Shown: piece after piece, positions 12,531 to 25,710 of the stretch
Layout of the letters: each line of letters begins with the position of its first letter
How positions within the stretch are numbered: position 1 is the stretch's first letter
From: Octopus sinensis
Lineage: Eukaryota
Assembly (NCBI RefSeq): GCF_006345805.1
Contig: NC_042997.1
Coordinates: 168,330,001-168,394,000 of the forward strand
Direction: 5' to 3'
DNA length: 64,000 nt
The notes under the pieces: model-generated
Seen by the model: the letters and a program-made list of their open reading frames with translations, nothing else
What the model was told of the DNA's origin: nothing
The model's database searches: none
Program-made: the position numbers and the translations under genes

Positions 12531-12591
12531 AAAGAAAAATACATCTTTTCTTAGACCTACTGACACAGATCATATTTATCCTACTCGCCAT
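12531..12591 (-). CDS. Candidate first coding exon of an unidentified divergent gene (MASRINMICVSRSKKRCIFL...)
   Basis: AACATGG start. Two overlapping donors: TTT|GTAAGG (exon ends 12531, phase 1) or AAG|GTCGGT (ends 12526, phase 0). No homology recognised. Confidence 0.4.
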
Positions 12592-12710
12592 GTTCAGCGC
12601 AACTTTTTCTCTCGTCCCCACCTCTCCCAATTTCCACTTTCATTCATTATAGTGGCATAGCACTCGGTAACTTCCGACATTTTCCGCATCGGGCATAGGC
12701 AAACGGCACA
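12592..12710. promoter_or_regulatory. Putative compact bidirectional promoter / 5' UTR region
   Basis: 119 bp between divergent ATGGCG starts, locally CpG-rich relative to the window. ETS-like ACTTCCG near 12670; YY1-like CGCCATGTT overlaps the minus-strand ATG. Confidence 0.5.
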
Positions 12711-12792
12711 ATGGCGGATGTAGGGAAAATGTTTCTTTTGGAGCTGCTCAAAGAAAATGGAAACAATGAATGTGCAGATTGTGGATGTAAAG
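12711..12792 (+). CDS. ADAP1: Coding exon 1 of an ArfGAP with dual PH domains (ADAP1/2, centaurin-alpha ortholog): MADVGKMFLLELLKENGNNECADCGCK + 1 nt
   Basis: ATG in ACAATGG context, 82 nt ending at AAAG|GTTAGT (phase 1). Contains the first CxxC (C21,C24). LELL..GN..CADCG matches the ADAP N-terminus as I recall it. Confidence 0.9.
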
Positions 12793-15700
12793 GTTAGTAA
12801 TTCGAAATCATTCCATTAGTTTATATATGTGTATTTTTGAAGAGAAGACGTTGGTATGTGATGAGACAAAATATTTTTCGGAACTTTAATTGGTGTATGT
12901 CTGTTTACAATGCGAGTCACGGTAACATTCATTAAGAAGTTGACAGTGCGTGTGTGTGTCTATGTTAGTGTGTATGTTTAAAAAAAATTACTTATCTTGT
13001 TTACAGTATTTTTTCTATTAATTACCTTCCATTTAGCTAGTTTTTTTTATTTCCAGATTTCATATATATATATAAAGTTTATGAATTGTCTTTGCATTTT
13101 TATTTTTTGTTGACACTCTCTCTCACACACACACATACATACAGATATATATATAATGTACACACTTCGTACGCACACAATTGTCAACAACTCTACGCTG
13201 TGGGTACTTAGTCATGTATGATCGGTTACTCGAAGAAAATTACCGTATGTTATATTTAATTATAGTCATACCGGTCGCAACTTCTTCACTGGAAGATTTT
13301 TTTAAAGCTAAAATGTGGATTGTTAAAAATATTGATCAATTAAGGAAATTATTGCAATCGCTTAACTTGACAAAGCTTAGTAAATTTAGAGATAAAGATA
13401 AGCTTATCTGTTTTCTATAGAATTTGTCACATTCCCCGAGTAGGCGTGTCTGAGAAAGTTATTAACATGTGAGATCTCTTCTTCCTTTTAGTCGATTAGA
13501 AATGACTTTTTATTAAGGTTTCATAAAAGATATTTAGATGACAAGACAGGATAATAATTTTCTCATGACTATTTTCGCTCTTTATCTTATTATTTTTTAT
13601 AAATGTCCGTCTTTGTTATTCTGTTCTCCCTCCTCTTTATTGATTTTACTCTTATATATATTCTCAATACCGAAGACTGTGTCTTTGTGTTCTATAATCA
13701 AGTAATAATGTCGAGCGATTCCCTCTTAGAATTCCTTTGGAATTCGCAGGGTACAAAACAGTTGTTTTTTCTGTTAGAAAATGAAGTCATTGCGAGTGAG
13801 AGGTGTCATGCCTCTCGTATGGAAATTCACATGACGTTCATTCCTCCCTACCAAAAATTCTTGTGTTTCCTCATGCCTAAGGATTCATATTTCAATTTAT
13901 TTTGATTTCTGTTCCGTATTGTTCAGTTAGTGGAAATCGACTTCAGTCTTACCCGGCGACTTGCTCTAGAGGAGAGAGTCGATGAATACCTGTCATATAC
14001 TAAGGTTCATGTTAAACGACCATACTGCTACCTCCTAACCACTCGCCTCGGGGTGCCTTGTGACTGGAAAATGGCGCAGAGGGTGGAGGGTCGGCCTAAA
14101 TAGCTTTACAGCTTTTTAATCAAAGCATGATGGTTTTCTTTTTCCTTTCCTCCCCCATTTTTCCGAGTTCAAATCCAGCTGAGGAATTCAACTTTGCTTT
14201 TTATCTCTTTGATGATTGAACAAGTATCAGTAATCTACTGGGATGGAGTCTGTGAAATTAATCTCTTTCTTTCATTAGAAAAAAAGGGGCCTCGTGACTC
14301 AGAAATAAATAATTACTTTCGTCATATTGTAGCATTCCCAGCCGTTAGTTCGGTTTCGATCCTACTTCAAACCTGTTTTTTTTTTTTTTTTGTAAATTAT
14401 TGATTAATTATTATTATTATTATTATTATTTCTTTTGAGTTTAATGATGCTGCTAATACTGCTGGGAAAGTTCCGAACATCATAGTTTCCTATTTTGTTT
14501 CCGTTATCAATCTAAGGCCCAATATTTTAATTAGTTATATTGCGGATGTTTGAACCGGCCACTTGTGATAGTATCACATAATTGTCCGTGTTTTACTAAT
14601 TTCTCTTATATCCTTTACTGAAATCCTATATGACTCAGTTATTTACAATTAATTCGATTTTCTGCCACTTTTAATCAGAGTACTGCTTAAAATATACACA
14701 GGCTGACTAATTTTCATCATAAACCGCAAGCAGGAGAGCAAATCAAACTTCTTTGGTTTCATCCTGTTTGGATTGTCTTGTCTCTTTAACTATTGTCGTC
14801 ATCATCGTCGTCATCATTACTTGAAAACATTTCCTCACATTTGCCTTTCCCTTTCATATCAAGACTGTGATACGGTTTGCTTTAATTGTCCATTTAAAAA
14901 AAAAATGAAAATAAAAAAAGGAACTTTTTCTATTACATTATTGCTGTATTTAAATAATACAGTAATAATGTGTAAATACATATTTTAGTAAAGAAACACA
15001 AATGTTTGTAAGAATTATTTATTTGAATTTATTAATCATAAATATGAAGAATATCTACATAGTTCCTGTCCACTAAATCTTATTCTCATGGTAATTGGCC
15101 CAACCACATTTAGACAATCAGTAAAATGTTCTTTACGAGCATAGATGGAAATTATGATGATGATGGCGTTGACGATGATGATTACGGCATGGTGTTAATA
15201 TCAGACCTCTGTTGTTTCCACTCAAGAGTCGACATGAATCAGAGTTTCAATACTTATTAATTACTTCTTAGTGGTTGGAAATAATTGTGTTAGCAGGTGT
15301 CATGTAAAGTGACAATCCATGACACTGGCTGACCTCTCTCTACCTATTATTGTCAGCCATTCTTTTGACCAGTGCATTCAGCTTACCTATATGTAGACAA
15401 TTACTAATGCTAAACGTTTGTAACTTGCACATAGCTTAACGGGACCGTGTAATGGTGTAATGAATGAGTACCGCATAGTTTTCAGTGATTATCTAGTATG
15501 ATTCAAGGGAAAACAGACTGAGATATTTTAGCTTGCATGGGATAGAAATTCTATCAGTGAATTTACTGCTTTTACATATTTTATAATGTATAGTTATGTA
15601 GTGAAAACATTACGTAGCCTACAACTCGTCTCCCTCTATCGCACCAGAAATTATTACTTTTTACCATATGTTCTTGACTCATTTCTTCATGAATTTCATA

Positions 15701-18383
15701 TAAGAAAACACTTTTAGCATTGCTCTAAAGAGAGAACATGCAAACCTTAAATCAACTGAAAGGATCTTGTTTTCGACCTAGTTGGTTCTCATTAGCTTCA
15801 ATGCAGTTAGATACCCATATGTTCACTCAGGTTGTGTATAATTCAAGTATTATATACAATATTGGTTTCTAATTTAACAAGGCACAAAGCATTGAAGTTA
15901 ATTGGTTGAAGAGTTTGCCTCACATTCATGTGGTTCTGGTTTCGATTCACCTGCTGGGCACCTTGACGAAGTGACATCTACTGTGTAGCCTCAAGTTGAC
16001 AAATATCTTTGGTTTGAATTAATTAACTGGAAACTGTGTAGAAGCGCATGTGTGTACATCCATGTATTATTGTAAGATTGTTGATTTGTGATCGCCTATG
16101 AGTGATGCCAATATAAGAACAAAGACTAATTCTTCTTGTCAGGCAAGCTGTATGGACAGTTGAATAAATTCCAGAATTTTGTACCTACTTATTTCATTGA
16201 TTCCAGTAAGATGAAGGCAAAGCCGACTTTGGTAGGATTTGGAATCAAAATGTACAAGGATAAAAGTAAATACTATTATGCATATAGTTTAGAGTTGCTC
16301 CTCTTTCTCAGAAGTCTGCCTTTTGTTTTATATTTATACTCATTTTTGTTGTCATTAGAGCTGTCTGTTTCTTTTGGTAGATTTTGATATCTCAAAATCA
16401 ACAATGCAAATTTTGCTGAATATCCATATTTGGGGGTATGGACGATATACTTTGGTATTATAAATCAATTAATTAGACTAATTTTCCTCTGTACATTAAG
16501 ATTGATGGCCTTAACTTCACTGTTATTTTTTATGTAAATGGCATCTTGGGTTATTTCCCTCCATTCATTATGCAAAAAAAAAAAAAAAAAAAGGGAATTT
16601 GTTTGCTCATCATTGTAATTATTACTTCTCATTGTCTTCTTGTTTTTATTGTGAAGATTTAAATTACATTAAGTTTCCTGAGTTACTTTTCTACCCACAA
16701 CTTTTATATAAGTAGTTCTCAGTTCTCATCAATCATTCAAACCAGCTGTCAATAACATCCAAATTTTTTCTTGTGAGTAATATGAAATAGCATTAACTCC
16801 AAGTTGGCTACAAATTTTTGTATTTGGCACACATATATCTATAGAATCTTACTTATTCCATTTCATATTAAATGCCAAAAGAATTGCAACAGGCTAAGAT
16901 ATTATAATATATGATAGAGGAGTGTGAATTTTCTGAAGATGAAATGATAACTGTGAGGAGATAGACTCAAAATGATGTTGGCCTGGTTATTTGCTCTTGT
17001 CAGTATGGAGTTGAAACAAATATTGGCAGCAAATACTGTGGTCTTAACTGTAAGACTATAGAGCCACCCTTTAAGAGTAGCAGATAAAGATTCTGTAAAG
17101 TAGAACCTTTTGGCTAGAAAAACCAGCAGAAATTTGTGAGGTTAGAGAACTTGCTGGCTGTGAAACATATAAAGCTTCTTTTATATGAATAAGCATCTTC
17201 CAATTTATTCATGATGGTGTTTGACCTCCTATATGTGCTGTAAACAGTGCTTTTTACCTGTACAGTTGTTAGGTTGTTTTGAGGTTGTTGTCTGTGGTTG
17301 TGCGAGGGTTGTTAAATATATACCTTGAAGTATAGTACTTGTCACCTACTTAACTATCTTGGACTGGTCAGAGGTGAAGCATGTTTGCTATCAAAGGTTT
17401 AGTAGTTCAGTATGGCAAAATGTTTGACTTCTGAACTATTTGTATTCATGAAGGACAAATATAAGAGCCAAGCAGAGTTGAGAGCATTGGACAGTGAGGA
17501 TGGTGACCTGAGAGGAAGGGAGGTAAACAAGCAACTAGGGGTTGAAGAATTTTGAAAACTGGTGCCGACAAAGGATAAATGTAGAGAAGTGAGGAAGAGA
17601 GAATTTAAGTCAGAATAACGAGACATCTTTGTTGTTAATGTCCAGGTGGTGAGGTATATGGTTTGGAGAGTAGATTTTACAAAAGTGAAGACATTATTTT
17701 AGAAAAAAAATTGCAATACAGAATGTAGGCTTAAATAGCAAATATATTAGAAATCTGGGTTGAGAAATGGTTTTTGTGCTGGTAGGAGGTGGTATTAAGA
17801 TCATGGACTAAAATTCTCAAATATTGGCAGAGAGGAGAGAAATTGTTATTGTTCCGTTTTATAGACTTTTTCACGTGTAAAGTAAGTTAGCATTTGTGGG
17901 TTGCAGTTAATCACTATGACTTTCTCAGTATATGGAAGTTTTGTTTAAATTTTTGCAACAGAGCAAACTTTACTAAAACAAACCAAGAGTTTTGAGGTGT
18001 TGTTAAAACTACTTCACACTTAAAGCTTACCATGCTTAAAATAATATAGCCTAGATTTTTATTTTATTTTTATCATGACATCAGTACAAGAGACACTCTC
18101 TTACAAAACTCACAACCATCTCTTCCTTCCTTCAACTAGTCATTTTCAGTTTGGAACGACCAGGATTGTAGTTAGGCTGCTGCCTTTGTAGCAACAGAAG
18201 CACCATTTTTTTCCCCTGAGGTGGTTCTCTATCTAAATTGAAGAGGAAGAATACACTAAAGTACTTTTACTATTTAGATTTTTGTACTGGATCTTCTGAA
18301 TAGCAGTTTCAGAGACTTAAATATTATCTCACTGGCTTTTGCTATAGCTGAATATTTTTCAAAGAATTCCCTACCATTTTTAA

Positions 18384-18593
18384 CCTTTTTGATACTAACC
18401 ACCCCTGGTTCTGTGATACAAAGTTCTTGTTTTTAAAGTCATCTAAATCTAAACCTTCCATCAAAATTTCATGTTAATTTGTGTTCCCATACTAGCTTAA
18501 TAACGACAAATTTATTTTATCAAGTTCTTTATTATTTTCAAAACTAACTGAAATAGAGGCAATGTATTTTAAGAGAAATATAACATCAAAAGG
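18384..18593. mobile_element. piggyBac-type MITE (same family as 48223-48441)
   Basis: TTAA-CCTTTT...AAAAGG-TTTA termini; internal similarity to 48223-48441. Confidence 0.6.
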
Positions 18594-19602
18594 TTTAGAG
18601 CAAAAAAAAAAAAAGAAAAAGCGCACATAAAGGCGGTGCTCCAGCATGGCCGCAGTCAAATGACTGAAACAAGTAAAAGATAAAAGATAGTTTAAATCTT
18701 AAATCTTAGTACAACCTGCCTTTAATAAAGATAGTATGATCATGGCAAGACATATTAATCAAATTCTCCCTTTAATTAGCTCAAGCAGAGCTAACCAGGA
18801 CCACCAAACAAATATAACTTCCAGCAGAGATCTGAACAGATGTGTAAGAAGTTACTTGGTTTGCATGAATATTCTGGAAGTTCACTTAGACTATAGATAT
18901 GATTTCTTTTAATTACTTGTCCTAATATAAAACTGCAATATATATTTGTGCAATTAATTTCTCACATCTGTTTCTAAGTTTTATGTATTTTTTTGTATTT
19001 TCATTATATTTGATTTAGAACATACACCTATATAAAATATTTTTGCAATATCTTTTATATATATCTAGCTATTCCTGTCACTTAAGATTTTTTTAATGTC
19101 AAGTAAGCAAGGGAAAGCTTATTTTTAATTTTTTTTTTTTTTTTTTTGGTTTTTTGCACAATTGGACCTAAGTTTGGTTTTTGTTGAATGATGCTGGAGT
19201 GATGTCAAATAGGCAGAGATGTTAGTTTGGATAGAATGCTTTGTGGTATTTGTCATGACTTTCTGCATTCTGTGTCTAAAACCCTCTAAGGTCAACCTTG
19301 CTTTTCATCCTTTTGGGATTGATTTAAAAAAAAAAATTACCAATCCAGGACAGTGAACTGGTGGAACTGCAGGGTTGGGGCGGGGGAGGAGGTCAGGCAA
19401 GATACCTTGTGGTATCTGTTCCAGCTGTTTGCATTCTGACAGCAATATCTGTGATGACACTGGTGCTCAGCTGTATTGGTTGAAGTCAGTGGCCTTTTCC
19501 TTGGATAAACATTGATAGAATGGTGAGGGAAGACTTGCAAGCAAGGGTAACTGCAAATATTACTTAGGCTGTTGTGTACTTAAGCTAAAAATGTCACTTT
19601 AA

Positions 19603-19809
19603 CCCTTTAGCAATTAAAAAGATCATATCTGGGCTAAATATTCTACATGTTTTATGTTAAAACCAACCAAATCTAACTTCTCACACCTACCCTACAATAC
19701 CAATCCAATAACAAACATCAAAATCTTGAAGCTACAAAATAATGTACAATTAATTCAGAACAATGAATAAATAAGCATTACATTTGTCAGTAATATGAAT
19801 GCTAAAGGG
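19603..19809. mobile_element. piggyBac-type MITE, second family (207 bp)
   Basis: TTAA|CCCTTTAGCA...TGCTAAAGGG|TTAA. Confidence 0.75.
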
Positions 19810-22800
19810 TTAATAGAAGGTGCTGAGTGATTTTTATGCATTTCTCTATTGACTGCTTTTGAAGATGGTCAATTTACTCAGTAAAGTTAGTGTTTACTCA
19901 CACAAAACTACCAGTTTCACAGGGATTATCATGTTACAATATAGTTCGTCTTTGACACATTGCATTTTATACCCAGTGTAAGTTTTAGCACATGGATCTG
20001 AAATTGTTAGTTGATACTAAATACAGACCATATTGTTACTAGTACTAACTATAAGTATTGTATTTTTGCACTGTTTAACATTATTAATATTCATGAGCAC
20101 TGCTTTATGAACTAAGCACTACAGACGGTTATGGAAACTTTGGTCACATTTTATCATGCTTCACATCATTTTAATTTTGTGAAGCCAACATTTTACTGTC
20201 TGACAAACATTATAGTAAATGCTATTTGCTGAGCTCTCCCCACCTTACTGATTAATAAAGAAAAAAAAAAAAAACTAGAGAATTAGTGGTTTTAGTAATT
20301 ATAGATTATAATTGTCATCTCATTTGCGGATGTTAATTCCTACACTATTAATCATACAACATATTGCTAAGATATGTTCTTTTAGAAAATGCTTCTGGTT
20401 TAAGTTCAGGTTGAATATAATGCTAGCCGTAGTAATCACTCTGTTGACCTCATTATTACTAATTGACCCTATTCTGCTAATGCACTGGGTTGTCTGAAAT
20501 TTCTGTAAAAGAAAAGCCTTTCTAATATGATTAAAACACCAGATTTCTTTATTTCCACCAAAATCAGTCATATGAAAGTCATTCTTTTTTTATATTTTTA
20601 CAGTATATTTATCTAACTCCCGTCTATTCCAAAAATCAATCAGTTATGCATAATTATGCATGCCTTTTAAAATGAGTCATTACTAATTTATATACTTAAA
20701 TGTTTATTTTGAAACAATTTTATCATTACTTTAATAATAAGAATTTTATAAGGAAATAGATTTGTACAATTTATTTAATCAGGGAGTTTTGTGTTAACAG
20801 CTTAAGCAATCATTATTCTAATATATTCAACTCAAAACAGTTGCCCCTGTTTTGTCTTGTTTGTTTGAGTGATTGCTTGTTTAGGAAGTATTTAAGTTAA
20901 GGGGTTGAATAATTATGAATGATTATTAACCCATAAAGCGCTGGGATTTGCTCTTATATAGCATGGACTGCTGAGCACATTTTATGAAAATGAGACTACA
21001 TGCACACATAAAAAACAAAAAAATAGTTAAAATATCTTCTTAGTATATAATAGTGGCAAGTTTTATGTCATCTGAAAAGTCATTAGTTGAATTATTAGTC
21101 CTCTTGCATTCTGGGGGCTATCAGAGTGTTTGAGTGACATTAGACCCCAACAAATGCCCATAAATTAAATACATCTATCTGGGCCACAATTGTGGCCTGT
21201 TGTGCTTTATGTATTAAGCATGATAAAGAAAAGAAAATTACTTATTTTTTCATAAAATTTTACTGTTTATTTTAGCAAATTATTTGCATCTCCAATTCTA
21301 ACATGACATAATGTTGGACTAGTTATGATTTATTTGAAAAGTGATAATTTACATGAAAAAACAAGTACATGTCACACACACACACAAGTCAAGTAGATTG
21401 TTACATTTACTTGCACATGTGTGTGTGCATGTGTGCACACAAATACATTCATGCACACACAATTGTACATATTTACACACTTATTTATGCATACACTTGC
21501 ACAAAGTACATAGCAAATAGAGGTACCAATACACACACTTGTACACTCTTTCACACACACTAATTAACATTTTCATATGTGCGTATACATTCACACGCAG
21601 GTACATTAATGCACACACAACATGTGCTCGTGCACATATGCATACACACTTTCTTCTCACACCTAGTTACATTCACATACACCACCTTTGATGTTGTACA
21701 TTCCCACATTTTGGTGTTGGTCACAACAATTGAAATATATCTTCATATATTCAAATACTGACTACATGTTGAGAAAAAGTCTGTTTTATCTTGTTTTTTT
21801 AACATTTTATTAATATTGGGTCAAACATGTTTTCATTTTGTAATGAATTAAGGAGTGTTCTTTGAACACAAACCTAAATTATGCTATTTACCAGCTATAA
21901 GTCAAATCTCCCTGAATGGCCTCTATTATTTTGAATATGGAGACCATGTCATATTGTTACAAATCGTTGGTGGGCATTTTTATCTATTAAACCTGAATTT
22001 CACTGATTAGAAATACACAGTGAATTTTGTTTTTGGTTAAACTTATTCCTATGCTGTATGTCTGCTCAAGCAGAGTTGAATGGGGATGACCAAGCAACAA
22101 CTGCTCTTCATTATTGGTGTAAATTCTATCATTTCTTTTTTCTTACCTGTATAGTTTGCTATAAACTTCACAGAAATAAAATGAAAGGAAGTTCTCCATT
22201 AAACTACACAGAAGTTTTACATTATATTGTTTGTCTTTGGATTTTGGTTTAAAAAAAATATTCTTTAGATGATTTTCGTTTCCTCAATTTAGATCATGTT
22301 GCTGAATTCCTTTTTTTTTTTAGGCTTCATATAAAGCCTAAAACATCAGAGGTGGTGTATGAATGAGTTGATCCAAGTGATTTAATGGTACTTATTTGAT
22401 TACCTCCAGAAAAATGACTGGTCAAGATAACTTTGAAGAAGTTGAAATGTCGAGGATCATAACTAGATTTTTGTTTCAAATTTTGGCACATAGCCAACAA
22501 TTTTGGAGGAGGGGGTAAAATGATTACATCAGCACCAGTGTTCAACTGACACTTTTATCAACCCCAAAAGGATGAAGGGCAAAGTCAACCTTGGTGGAAT
22601 TTGAACTCAGAATGTAAAGACAGATGAAATGTTAACTTTATACAGATATCCTGTTGGTTAAAAATTGATGACATAATCTATTTGTAATGTTATTTCACCT
22701 TCTTATATAACTTTATTGGTAACACCTTGACAACTCTTAATACGTTGTGCTACATCCTTATTTTCACATCAGAGAAAAATCAATAAGGTTGAACTCAAAT

Positions 22801-23034
22801 CCTTAGTCCCAGTGTATGAAGTGTACAGTAGGTGTCCACTGTGTTGTGATTTCTACAAAAATACATTAGTAATCCTCCTTATTATTACCATCATCATCAT
22901 TTACATTGGTTTTCCATGCTGGTATGGGTTAGAAGGTAATACATACACACATACATGCACATACTCATACATACATACTCACACACACACACACATACAC
23001 ACACACACATACATGCACACATAAACTCATGCAT

Positions 23035-23760
23035 ACATACTTGCAGTAGTTGATAGCTTCTGGTACCTAGGTGACCAAATCAGTAGTAGGGGTGGATGCT
23101 GTGAGAACGTAGCTGCTAGAATAAGAATAGGTTGGGCAAAGTTCAGAGATTTTCTACCTCTGTTGGTAATGAAAGGCCTCTCCCTTAGAGTGAAAGGCAA
23201 ATTGTATGATGGCCTGTGTGCGAACAGCCATGCTACATGACAGTGAAACATGGGCTGTGACTGCTGAAGACATACATAGGCTTGAAAGAAATGAATCTAG
23301 TATGCTTTGCTGGATGTGCAATGTCAATGTACATACATGACAGAGTGAAAGCGTCTTAAGAGAAAAGTTGAGCATAAGAGGCGATGTGGTGTGCAAGAGA
23401 AATGACTGCATTGGTATGGTCATATGATTCATATGGATGTGGACAGCTGTGTGTAGAAGTGCCAGTCTCTACAAGTGGAAGGAAGCTGTGGAAGAGGGAG
23501 ACCCAGGAAGACATGGGATGAGGTGGTGAAGCATGATCTTTGAACACCAGGCTTGTGTTGTGGAACTAGCAACTGTGCCAGTGGTACTTAAAAAGCACCT
23601 TTCAAGCGCTGGGCCTCACAGAAGAATAACAAATGACTGAGGCCTTTGGCAATATGTTGTGTTTGAGAAGGAAGATCCATCAAGCCGAGTAAAATCATAG
23701 TTGTGACAGATACTGGTGTCATGCAACTGGCACTTATGCTGGTGGCATATAAATGGCTGT
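23035..23760 (+). mobile_element. RTE LINE 3' ORF relic and start of 3' UTR
   Basis: VVDSFWYLGDQI..ARIRIGWAKFR..LRVKGKLYD..WYGH..RGRPRKTWDEVVKHDL. Confidence 0.85.
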
Positions 23761-23764
23761 CCAT

Positions 23765-24155
23765 TTGTGATTAAGGAAACCTAAAATTTAGGTCCAATAA
23801 GGCTTGCACAACACCTCACAAACCCTTCTACCTTACTAACATGATCTAGAGACAAGCCAGGGTAAGATATCCAGTGTCAATTTGGGTCACATGCTCAGGA
23901 AGGTGAAAATTCTATGATCTCAAGCCTAATGTGTTTAGGAAAATACATAAGAACGAGAGACATTGATAAAGAGTTTGCAAGTCCAGTACACAAGATACAT
24001 TTTCAGTTTCATACCCATTATTAGAACAACAGAATATATACCAACTTGTCTGGAGCAAAAGTATGATTGAACTTGGGCTCTTGGAGAGAATGTAAATCCT
24101 TAATTCATATTCTACAAATGATCACAATATTTGGGACTATAAAAATCTGCAAAAC
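23765..24155 (+). mobile_element. Deleted/fused copy of an old RLE-type non-LTR element
   Basis: 23765-23925 duplicates 24285-24447, and 23925-24155 duplicates 25465-25697. Confidence 0.55.
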
Positions 24156-24819
24156 CCATTACACTCTCGGATTGGTTGGTGTTATGAAGGGAATCCAGTC
24201 ATAGAAACCATGCTAAATCCGACTGGAATCTGGTGCAGCCCCTTGCATGCTTATCACAACCAGGCATCAGATAGTTTCCTTGTTGGTGATTGCACAACCT
24301 AAAATTTTAGGTCCAATAAGGTTTGCATAACACCTCACAAACCCTTCTACTCTACTAACATGATCCAGAGACAAGCCAGGGCAAGATATCCAGTGTCATT
24401 ATGGGTCACAGGCTCAGGAACATGAGAGTGCTACGATCTCAAACCTAAGCAAAAGACTTCAATGCCATTCCCTGCTTATGTGGTTTTATAACAGCAACCT
24501 CTTCCTCGAGACATGCATTAACAAAAGTTAAGGGATCCCTCACTCTTAGTGGTTTTCCAGTACACCACACACCAACTCAGAATTTCTTAGGGCTTGTGCT
24601 ATTGCTGGATAATCGTTGAATCTACACTAAGTTTGTCTATCCTTTTGATAGATCTTGTTTTTAGTCCTGCTGGGCTTTTAGCAACCCTTCTTACCAGGCA
24701 AACCTAGATGGAGTGCCAGCTTAATATACGATGATCAGTGCATGCAACAAGTTGTACTGGATTCTATGTTACCAACAGCACTTATTAGAGCCCTCACAAG
24801 TGACCTAATTTACATACAT

Positions 24820-25376
24820 TCGTATGTATGGCTTGGAAGGCAGCTCATAATAAAAAGGAATACTGGTGGAAAGAACTAGTGAAGACCTCAATAAAATGTA
24901 TGCACAACTTGATATGACTTGGGATAGAGAAGAGAAACTGTGCACAGTTGTGGAAATTAGCAGCCCAGTAGATGTTAACATAAAGCTGAAGAACAGTGAA
25001 AAAGAGAACACCTATGCTGAATTATTGAGAAATCAGCAGTTACTCTATCCAGATTACAAGTTAAGGTTTATACCTGTAATTATTGGGGCTCTGGGATATG
25101 TAACACGCTGCCTAAATACCAATCTTGAGAAATTAGGCTTTTCAAAACCAGAAAGGAGAAAGCTAATCTGAAGACTACAAATCCAATCCATCACTGGAAC
25201 TGTAAAAATCTGTAAAACTTTCCAGAAGTTACATACATACATACATGCATACATACATACAAACATACATACATACCCTGTTGTTGATGTTGAAATTCCA
25301 ATGAAGGAGCCTTGGATCTAGGTTAGAAACCGGTTCTTTCTCTATTGGCAAGAAATCTTGAAATAAACTGAATGCC
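24820..25376 (+). mobile_element. 3' end of an early-branching non-LTR retrotransposon with restriction-like endonuclease (R4/Dong-like)
   Basis: LDMTWDREEKLCTVVEISSP..EKENTY..FIPVIIGALG pattern, internal (CATA)n, and flanking direct repeat TTACATACAT (24810-24819, 25377-25386). Confidence 0.75.
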
Positions 25377-25389
25377 TTACATACATACA

Positions 25390-25710
25390 AACAACTGGAC
25401 AGATGTTGTGTATGGCCACAAGGCAAAGATATGTTCTGTTGTGGAAATCAGTGACTCTCTAGACACTAATATGTTTAGAAAAATACAAGAGAAAGAGGAT
25501 TATTGATAAGAAGTTTGCAAGTCCAGTAGCCAAGATACACTTTCAGTTTCATACCCATTGTTAGAGTAACAGGATGTATATCAACCTGTTTGGAGCAAAG
25601 TATGGTTGAACTTGGGCTCTTGGAGAGAATGCAAATCCTTAATTCATATTCTACAAATGATTGTAATATCTGAGACTATAAAAATCTGCAAAACCTTAAG
25701 ATTTCAGGTA
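25390..25710 (+). mobile_element. Older RLE-type non-LTR 3' end relic
   Basis: DVV..KICSVVEISDSLDTN..QEKED..FIPIV..; ends ACTATAAAAATCTGCAAAACC, like the younger copy. Confidence 0.6.

Noticed and set aside
12232-12630. 132-aa minus ORF as a single-exon gene
   Set aside because: Begins at a non-ATG codon and runs past two donor sites into low-complexity (ATT)n and a MITE; only 12531-12591 is kept as a candidate exon.
22058-22252. MSAQAELNGDD... as an alternative first exon of ADAP
   Set aside because: Its donor would be phase 2 while exon 2 needs phase 1; the sequence resembles a repeat tail also seen near 18780.
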